Below, piece by piece: positions 34,739 through 41,075 of a DNA stretch of 41,075 nucleotides. Under the pieces are notes generated by a model, which saw only the letters and a program-made list of their open reading frames with translations, ran no database searches and was not told the DNA's origin. The DNA is from an uncultured Bifidobacterium sp. (GTDB lineage Bacteria; Actinomycetota; Actinomycetes; S36-B12; UBA5976). The stretch is taken from the NCBI GenBank assembly GCA_964469855.1, contig CAYXYW010000001.1, forward strand, positions 1 through 41,075, written 5' to 3'. How positions within the stretch are numbered: the first letter of the stretch is position 1; each line of letters starts with the position of its first letter. The position numbers were made by a program, and so were the translations under genes.

Positions 34739-35593
34739 GTGAGCGGAAGTTTAATTTTGCTCGGCATGCCGATTGGAAATATCGCCGATGCATCAGCACA
34801 TATGATTCAAGTGCTCAATCACGCTGATTTAATTGCCGCAGAAGATACTCGAAAATATTTTCGATTTGCTAAAGAACTAGGCATAACGAATAAAGCAAAA
34901 GTTATTTCATATCACGACACTAGCGAAACAAGTCGCGTTGCTGAACTATTGTCAGCACTTGATCGCGATGAGACTGTTGTGGTATTAACTGACGCCGGTA
35001 TGCCAACAATTTCTGATCCGGGCTATCGAATAGTGAGCGCTGCAGTTGCAGCCGGTCATAAAATTTCTACCGTCCCAGGTCCGTCAGCCGTGACAGCGGC
35101 ATTAGCAGTTAGTGGTTTACCAACGGACCGGTTTTGTTTTGAAGGTTTCTTAGCCCGAAAATTAGGAGAGCGGAGATCTCAACTAACCAATTTAGTTAAT
35201 GAGCAACGCACCATGGTGTTTTTTGAGGCACCTCATCGACTTCAGGCAACTTTGCAGGATATGCAGGAAATTCTTGGCGATGACCGGTTAGCTGTGATTT
35301 GCCGAGAACTTACCAAGACTTATGAAGAAGTGGTTAGGGGAAATTTGGCTGAATTAGCCAATTGGGCTGAGCGTGAGGTTCTTGGTGAGATTACGTTAGT
35401 AGTTGCTGGCTGCGACGATAAACCACAGTTAGATATCACCAACCCTGCTCATCAAGCTCAGATTTTGGATCTGGTGGCTGCTCATCCATTGGCCCAAACC
35501 GATAGGAAGTTGGCAATCGCAGCAGTGGCAAAGGAATTGAACCTTGCAAAGCGCGAGGTATACGACCTAGTGGCTAAATCACCAAAAGCATAG
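34739..35593 (+). CDS. rsmI: 16S rRNA (cytidine1402-2'-O)-methyltransferase
   Basis: The ORF is 284 aa. The GTG start is preceded by AAGGAG. Motifs: GMPIGNIADAS, IAAEDTR, DAGMPTISDPG. Confidence 0.9.
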   Translation: MSGSLILLGMPIGNIADASAHMIQVLNHADLIAAEDTRKYFRFAKELGITNKAKVISYHDTSETSRVAELLSALDRDETVVVLTDAGMPTISDPGYRIVSAAVAAGHKISTVPGPSAVTAALAVSGLPTDRFCFEGFLARKLGERRSQLTNLVNEQRTMVFFEAPHRLQATLQDMQEILGDDRLAVICRELTKTYEEVVRGNLAELANWAEREVLGEITLVVAGCDDKPQLDITNPAHQAQILDLVAAHPLAQTDRKLAIAAVAKELNLAKREVYDLVAKSPKA

Positions 35594-35602
35594 AATTTCG
35601 CA

Positions 35603-37186
35603 ATGGCCAACTCCTTTTATATAACTACGCCGATTTATTATGTGAATGATGCACCTCACATTGGGCACGCTTACACCACATGTGCGGCAGATTTGCTTTC
35701 CCGTTGGCATCGAATGCGTGGCGAAGATGTTTGGTTTTTAACTGGTACTGATGAACATGGGACCAAGGTAGAACGGGCAGCTGCCGCCAACAATGTAACA
35801 CCACAGCAATGGTGTGACAATCTGGTAACCAACGCTTGGTTGCCAGTTCTGAAAACTATTGACGCGGCAAACGATGACTTTATTAGGACAACAGATAGTC
35901 GACACAAAATAGGCGTACAAGCATTTTGGCAACGGCTAATGGATAACGGATATGTAACTCAAGGTAAGTATGAAGGTCCATATTGTGTTGGCTGCGAAGA
36001 ATTTAAATTGCCAGGCGACTTAGTTGCCGGAACTGGTGAATATCAGGGTAAAGAATGCTGCCCAGTGCATTCCCGGCCGGTTGAGATACTGCAAGAAAAT
36101 AATTATTTTTTCGCGCTCTCTAAATTTCAAAATGATTTGATTGAGCACTATCAGAAAAATCCTGATCGAATTCAGCCAGAATCTGCATACAACGAAGTCA
36201 TGTCGTTTCTAAAGCAAGGTTTACAGGATATCTCCATGTCGCGTTCTACTGTTGGCTGGGGAATTCAAGTTCCGTGGGATCAAGATCAAGTAATTTATGT
36301 TTGGTTTGATGCGTTGTTAAATTATGCGACTGCAATAAATTATGCTGGTTTCGCTGATGACAGCGATAAAGCACAATTCGAGAAGTTCTGGCCAGCTGTT
36401 CATTTAGTTGGAAAAGATATTCTGCGTTTTCATGCAGTTTATTGGCCAGCAATGTTATTGGCCGCCGGGTTACCGCTGCCAAGAACCGTTTATGCCCACG
36501 GCTGGCTGTTGGTTGGTGGGGAAAAAATGAGTAAATCCAAATTAACTGGCATCTCACCAAGTCAAATTGTTGATCACTTTGGCTCAGATGCCTTTCGATA
36601 TTACTTCATGCGCGCAATCAACTTTGGCCAAGATGGATCTTTCTCCTGGGAAGATATTTCAGCTCGCTACACGGCAGAGCTGGCAAATGGTTTAGGAAAT
36701 TTGGCATCGCGATTGACAGCAATGCTGGAGAAGTATTGCGACACTAAAGTTCCTGCGCCTAGCGAGTATTTGCCAGCAGATCAACAAATAATCGAGTTAG
36801 TTGCTGAAAATTCGAAAAAGGCCGATGCGGCAATTGATACCTTTGATATCGCTACCGCAATAACTTTCACCAAAGAAATTGTGGATGCGGTTAACTTATA
36901 TGTAACCGAACAAGCGCCTTGGGTGTTAGCCAAAGACGAGACGAATACTGCTCGATTACATACTGTTTTATACGTAATTGCCGAATCGCTGCGAGCAATT
37001 GCAGTGCTGCACCATCCGGTGATGCCAAAAGCCACAACTTTGCTCTGGGAAATGCTGGGCGGTGCGGCGCTTGGCAGCATCGAGCAACAGCGGATGAGTT
37101 CAGTTGGCAATTGGGGTCAGTTGCCTGTTGGTAGCAGCACGGTAAAGAAAGAGTCGCTTTTCCCCAGATTGGCCGAGGAAGCTTAA
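35603..37186 (+). CDS. metG: Methionine--tRNA ligase
   Basis: The ORF is 527 aa. The HIGH motif is APHIGHAYT, a Cys-rich knuckle is present (CVGCEE...CCPVH), and KMSKS is present. Confidence 0.95.
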   Translation: MANSFYITTPIYYVNDAPHIGHAYTTCAADLLSRWHRMRGEDVWFLTGTDEHGTKVERAAAANNVTPQQWCDNLVTNAWLPVLKTIDAANDDFIRTTDSRHKIGVQAFWQRLMDNGYVTQGKYEGPYCVGCEEFKLPGDLVAGTGEYQGKECCPVHSRPVEILQENNYFFALSKFQNDLIEHYQKNPDRIQPESAYNEVMSFLKQGLQDISMSRSTVGWGIQVPWDQDQVIYVWFDALLNYATAINYAGFADDSDKAQFEKFWPAVHLVGKDILRFHAVYWPAMLLAAGLPLPRTVYAHGWLLVGGEKMSKSKLTGISPSQIVDHFGSDAFRYYFMRAINFGQDGSFSWEDISARYTAELANGLGNLASRLTAMLEKYCDTKVPAPSEYLPADQQIIELVAENSKKADAAIDTFDIATAITFTKEIVDAVNLYVTEQAPWVLAKDETNTARLHTVLYVIAESLRAIAVLHHPVMPKATTLLWEMLGGAALGSIEQQRMSSVGNWGQLPVGSSTVKKESLFPRLAEEA

Positions 37187-38053
37187 GTGTCCCTGCCGCC
37201 ATTGCCACCGCGGTTGCCAGCAGCGGTTGCTGATGCTCATGTTCATATCGATATGGGCTCGGGCAAATCTCACAATGCATTGAATTTAGATCGAGATAAA
37301 GCGGAGATTGAATCCCTTATAGATTCGGCAACTGAAGTTAATGTCACGAAAATAATCAATGTTGGCTGTGAGATTCCGGGAGCAAGATTTGCTGTTGAAT
37401 TTGCCAACCGCTATCCAAATGTATTTGCTGCGGTGGCACTTCACCCTAATGAAGCACCACGCATAGCGCGTGAGGAAGGTATGTCAGCGTATCAAGCGGC
37501 GCTAGCTGAGATCGCAGATTTAGTAACGGCAGAAAAATGCGTTGCGGTGGGTGAAACTGGGTTAGATTTTTTCCGAACTACTGAGCCTGATGATCTTAAG
37601 ATTCAAGAAGAGTCGTTTCGATACCACATAAATTTAGCTAAGGAACTCGATAAAACTCTGATGATTCATGATCGCGACGCACATCAAGATATTTTGCGGG
37701 TATTAGATAGCGAAGGAATTCCTAATCGAGTAATGATGCATTGCTTTTCTGGTGATGCAAATTTTGCCAAAGAATGTATTGATCGTGGATTTTATCTATC
37801 CTTTGCCGGAACGGTAACGTTTAAGAATGCCGCAAACTTAAGAGAAGCGCTTAGCGTCACGCCACAGGATCGTATTTTAGTTGAAACTGATGCGCCATTT
37901 CTAACTCCTGATCCGTATCGAGGTGCGCCAAATGCCTCATACATGATCGGTTACACCATGAGATTTATGGCAGATCATCGTGGCGAAGATTTGCTGCAAC
38001 TATGTCAGGCCGTAATGGAAAATACCAATCGAGCATTTAAGTTGGATGCTTAA
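37187..38053 (+). CDS. tatD: TatD-family metal-dependent hydrolase/DNase
   Basis: The ORF is 288 aa with a GTG start directly after the metG stop. Motifs: DAHVH, GETGLDF, MIHDRDAH, HCFSG, VETDAPFL. Confidence 0.9.
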   Translation: MSLPPLPPRLPAAVADAHVHIDMGSGKSHNALNLDRDKAEIESLIDSATEVNVTKIINVGCEIPGARFAVEFANRYPNVFAAVALHPNEAPRIAREEGMSAYQAALAEIADLVTAEKCVAVGETGLDFFRTTEPDDLKIQEESFRYHINLAKELDKTLMIHDRDAHQDILRVLDSEGIPNRVMMHCFSGDANFAKECIDRGFYLSFAGTVTFKNAANLREALSVTPQDRILVETDAPFLTPDPYRGAPNASYMIGYTMRFMADHRGEDLLQLCQAVMENTNRAFKLDA

Positions 38054-38892
38054 TGTTGCTAGGTCCAGCTGAGATTAATCATCTGCTACAGGAATTGTCT
38101 GTTAAGCCAACAAAAAAGTTGGGCCAAAACTTTGTTCACGATGGCAATATTGTTCGAAAAATCGTCAAAGATGCCAAGTTAGAGCCGAATGACGTGGTGC
38201 TCGAAGTGGGTCCGGGCCTGGGTTCATTGACACTTGGTTTGCTGCCACATTGCAGCAGAGTGATTGCGGTAGATATTGACCAGCGATTTGTGGCGCAACT
38301 GCCAAAAACCGTCAATAAATATGAACCAGAATTTCTAAATCGATTAGAAGTGCAGCACAAGGATGCGTTGGAGTTGGTGCCTAGTGATCTAAGTATTTTG
38401 CCAACTGCGTTAGTTGCCAATCTGCCTTATAACGTTTCAGTTCCAGTGATTATCACGCTGCTAACTAAATTGCCCAGCATCAAGAAAATGTTAGTGATGG
38501 TGCAGGCAGAGGTGGCAGATCGATTAGCGGCAAAACCAGGCGATCAGGCTTATGGCGCACCGAGCGCAAAACTGCAGTGGTTCATGCAAGTAAGTCGCGG
38601 TGCAAATATTCCTCGCCCAGTTTTTATACCGGTTCCTAATGTGGATTCTGGATTGGTGTTTGGCGAGCGCACCGAACCATTAGTTACTGAAGTAACCCAG
38701 CAGCAAGTTTTCTCGGTTATTGATGCCGCATTCAACCAACGTCGAAAAATGCTGCGCAGTGCGCTAAGTGGGATAGCTGGAAGTTCAGCAGCAGCGGAGA
38801 AGGCATTGATCGAGGCTGGCATTGACCCAACCTTACGCGGTGAAATGCTCGATATTCACCAGTATCTGCGATTAACTGAAGCACTAAATTAA
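38053..38892 (+). CDS. rsmA: 16S rRNA (adenine1518/1519-N6)-dimethyltransferase
   Basis: The ORF is 279 aa and overlaps tatD by TAATG. Motifs: LGQNFV, VLEVGPGLGSLT, NLPYN. Confidence 0.93.
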   Translation: MLLGPAEINHLLQELSVKPTKKLGQNFVHDGNIVRKIVKDAKLEPNDVVLEVGPGLGSLTLGLLPHCSRVIAVDIDQRFVAQLPKTVNKYEPEFLNRLEVQHKDALELVPSDLSILPTALVANLPYNVSVPVIITLLTKLPSIKKMLVMVQAEVADRLAAKPGDQAYGAPSAKLQWFMQVSRGANIPRPVFIPVPNVDSGLVFGERTEPLVTEVTQQQVFSVIDAAFNQRRKMLRSALSGIAGSSAAAEKALIEAGIDPTLRGEMLDIHQYLRLTEALN

Positions 38893-38901
38893 GGTTTGGC
38901 T

Positions 38902-39819
38902 GTGAAAGTAACGGCATCAGCACCAGCAAAAATCAACCTGCAACTAAGCGTGGGTGCACTACGCGCTGATGGTTACCATGATTTAGTAACAATTTATCAG
39001 GCATTAGAACTTAGAGATCAAGTAAGCATCACCGAACGCGCTGAGGGAATGGGCGTTCAGTGCACAATTACAGGAGAGTTTGCTGATGGGGTACCTGCTG
39101 ATGAAACAAATCTTGCGGTTCGTGCAGTTAAGTTAGTTGCGGAGCAAGTAGGCACGAGCTGCGATCTAACGATTCAAATTTCTAAGCACATTCCGGTTGC
39201 AGCAGGACTTGCAGGTGGCTCTGCTGATGCAGCAGCTGCATTAGTTGCTGCTGCTGAACTCTATGGCTACGGCGGTGATCTGCAGTTATTTGCGGCAGAG
39301 CTTGGTTCAGATATTGGTTTTTCACTGCTAGGCGGAACAGCACTTGGTACCTCTCGTGGTGAAGTAGTTGTGCCAGTTATGTCGCGTGGTGAGTATTGCT
39401 GGGTAATTATGAGCTCATCAAATGGATTATCAACGCCACGGGTATATCAGAAACTTGATCAGTTACGTGATGAAGGAACGGTGCGCGCACCAATGCAATT
39501 ACAGCCTAAACCAGAGCTGCTGCAGGCATTATTGGCTGCTTCGCCAACTGAGTTAGCTAAACATTTAAGTAATGATCTGCAACCTGCCGCATTGGCAATT
39601 GCGCCTAAGCTGCAGCAACTGCTGGAATCAGCACGAGAAGATGGTGCGTTAGCAGCACTAGTAGCCGGATCTGGTCCAACTTGTGTTGCGCTAGCAAAAG
39701 ATTATGACCACGCCCTTGATGTTGCCGCCCGCATCACTGCTTCCAATTTAGCTAATCGAGTGTTAGTTGCTAAAGCACCAGCAGGTGGCACTGAGTTGAT
39801 CTCCGTGGAGCGAAGTTAA
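38902..39819 (+). CDS. ispE: 4-diphosphocytidyl-2-C-methyl-D-erythritol kinase
   Basis: Motifs are APAKINL and PVAAGLAGGSADAAA (GHMP kinase). I prefer the GTG at 38902, 7 nt after AAGG, over the track's TTG at 38896, which is 1 nt after AAGG. Confidence 0.9.
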   Translation: MKVTASAPAKINLQLSVGALRADGYHDLVTIYQALELRDQVSITERAEGMGVQCTITGEFADGVPADETNLAVRAVKLVAEQVGTSCDLTIQISKHIPVAAGLAGGSADAAAALVAAAELYGYGGDLQLFAAELGSDIGFSLLGGTALGTSRGEVVVPVMSRGEYCWVIMSSSNGLSTPRVYQKLDQLRDEGTVRAPMQLQPKPELLQALLAASPTELAKHLSNDLQPAALAIAPKLQQLLESAREDGALAALVAGSGPTCVALAKDYDHALDVAARITASNLANRVLVAKAPAGGTELISVERS

Positions 39820-40307
39820 TTATTAAATTGTGCAGTTAATTCACTTAACAAGCTAGCTAACAGCGCTTGTTGCGCTTCGGATAAATCTTCTAGCAGTTCT
39901 GCTTCAAGTTTCAGCAGCTCAGTGAAGGCCGCATCCACCATAGTTTTTCCAGTTTCAGTTAGCGAAACAATTATGCTTCTACCATCTGCTGGGTCGGGTC
40001 GTCTTGACACTAAGCCACGCTTTTCCAATCGATCAATTCGATTGGTCATAGTGCCTGAGGTAACTAAATTTTCTTTAATTAATTGTCTAGGTGGTAAGGC
40101 GTATGGTTTACCAGCCCGCCGTAATGACGCGAGCACATCAAATTCCCACGGTTCAAGATCAGATTTAGCGAAAGCAGTTTTTCGGCCAGCATCTAAATGA
40201 TGGGCTAACCTAGAAACCCGAGATAACACTTGCAGTGCCGTTAAATCTAAATCCGGTCGCTCGCGCTGCCAAGCAGTAACAATTTTGTCGACTTCGTCCA
40301 TTTTCAA
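39816..40307 (-). CDS. MarR-family transcriptional regulator
   Basis: The ORF is 163 aa with a winged-helix core (LASLRRAGKPYALPPRQLIKENLVTSGTMTNRIDRLEKRGLVSR). It overlaps the upstream TetR gene by 4 nt. Confidence 0.85.
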   Translation of the reverse strand: MKMDEVDKIVTAWQRERPDLDLTALQVLSRVSRLAHHLDAGRKTAFAKSDLEPWEFDVLASLRRAGKPYALPPRQLIKENLVTSGTMTNRIDRLEKRGLVSRRPDPADGRSIIVSLTETGKTMVDAAFTELLKLEAELLEDLSEAQQALLASLLSELTAQFNN

Positions 40308-40987
40308 TATTTAGGTTGCGGCTCTAAATGCTTCAGCCCATTCCAGGACAGGTTAACTAAGTGCGCAACCACAACTTCACGATTTGGTCGCTTCGGTGCA
40401 TCCAACCACCATTGCCCAGTAAGAGATACCAAGCCAACTAAGGCATGCGCATATAGCGGTGCGGTGCCTTTATCGAATCCATTCTTGGTTAGCTCAATTG
40501 CTAGCAATGATTCTGCTTGACTAGCAAAATCTCTAATTAACCCGGCATATCGTGATTCATCCGTACTGCTTGGTGCATCACGTACCAAAATTCGAAACCC
40601 ATCTTCGGATTCTTCAATGTATTGGAAAAATGCTTCAGCAGCTCGTTGCACCACTTTTCGCGCGCCACCACCATCAAATGCGGCCGAGACCAAACTGATC
40701 AGGCGATTCATTTCGCGATCTACGATCACGGCATACACGCCATCTTTGCCGCCAAAGTGTTCATAGATAACTGGTTTTGAGACACCTGCGCTATGCGCGA
40801 TTTCTTCTACCGTGACCGCTTCATAGCCTTTTTCCGCAAACAACTTTCGGGAAATGCCGATTAGCTGTTCCCGTCGCTGCACCGCGGTCATCCGCGATTT
40901 AGCCCCATTTTTCCCATTATTAGTTGGGTCAGAATCGATAAGTGCCATGATCTCCGAAGGTAGTGCAACGACAGGGCTTAGGTCCAT
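40304..40987 (-). CDS. TetR/AcrR-family transcriptional regulator; the start is uncertain
   Basis: The HTH is RKLFAEKGYEAVTVEEIAHSAGVSKPVIYEHFGGKDGVY. Internal Met codons (MALIDSD.., MTAVQRR..) are alternative starts. Confidence 0.85.
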   Translation of the reverse strand: MDLSPVVALPSEIMALIDSDPTNNGKNGAKSRMTAVQRREQLIGISRKLFAEKGYEAVTVEEIAHSAGVSKPVIYEHFGGKDGVYAVIVDREMNRLISLVSAAFDGGGARKVVQRAAEAFFQYIEESEDGFRILVRDAPSSTDESRYAGLIRDFASQAESLLAIELTKNGFDKGTAPLYAHALVGLVSLTGQWWLDAPKRPNREVVVAHLVNLSWNGLKHLEPQPKY

Positions 40988-41042
40988 CGGGGCGGTTAGA
41001 TACCCTTACCCCTTGGGTTAGGTCAACCGACCGATAACCAAT

Positions 41043-41075
41043 TCCGGGATAGTGTAATGGCAGCACTCAGGTCTT
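41043..41075 (+). tRNA. 5' part of a tRNA truncated by the window edge (anticodon begins with T; Gln-like)
   Basis: The sequence reads TCCGGGA TA GTGT AATGGCA GCAC T CAGGT CTT|. It has an acceptor arm, a D-arm with A14/GG/A21, and the 5' half of the anticodon stem, ending at the first anticodon base. U1 and the short D-loop fit tRNA-Gln(TTG), but the anticodon is incomplete. Confidence 0.6.

Noticed and set aside
1-41075. CRISPR arrays, rRNA genes, transposases or IS elements, prophage genes, toxin-antitoxin pairs, and recognised defence systems.
   Set aside because: Reading both strands, I saw no regularly spaced direct repeats. No ORF in the track has transposase, integrase, Cas, restriction-modification or toxin-like motifs. 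Long-range repeats cannot be excluded without a computed self-alignment.

Overview
This is a 41 kb stretch of a very compact chromosome, about 95% coding. Many genes overlap by ATGA/TAATG/GTGA, and several convergent gene pairs overlap at their 3' ends. Gene content and order are typical of Actinomycetota: groEL, XPB/ercc3 with its large partner, long cold-shock protein plus DUF3027, serC/pdxH, gltA, FmdB-SAF-mscL, 5-FCL/galU/rimJ, and rsmI-metG-tatD-rsmA-ispE. The moderate GC (hand counts on sampled lines give about 43-52%) and the compaction suggest a streamlined planktonic actinobacterium; this is inference only.

I call 46 protein-coding loci, one of them an interrupted galU. There is one complete tRNA-Arg(CCT), one truncated tRNA at the 3' edge, and a few stem-loops. 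I saw no CRISPR array, rRNA, transposase, integrase or phage gene.

The most interesting items are:
1. An accessory-looking, lower-GC block next to tRNA-Arg at 23.6-30 kb. It holds an orphan PAPS-type sulfotransferase, a coiled-coil protein, and a tight MFS / DUF3048 lipoprotein / MBOAT / membrane-anchored SGNH operon. I read this as an uncharacterised envelope-glycan O-acylation (and possibly sulfation) module.
2. An M20 hydrolase / GNAT-like / NSAR-OSBS enolase trio wedged between XPB and its usual partner gene.
3. A single in-frame TAA that replaces the conserved Leu of the GGEIQLTD motif in galU.
4. A 234 bp hairpin-rich non-coding gap, the largest in the window.

All functional calls come from reading motifs in the supplied translations. 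No database search was run.
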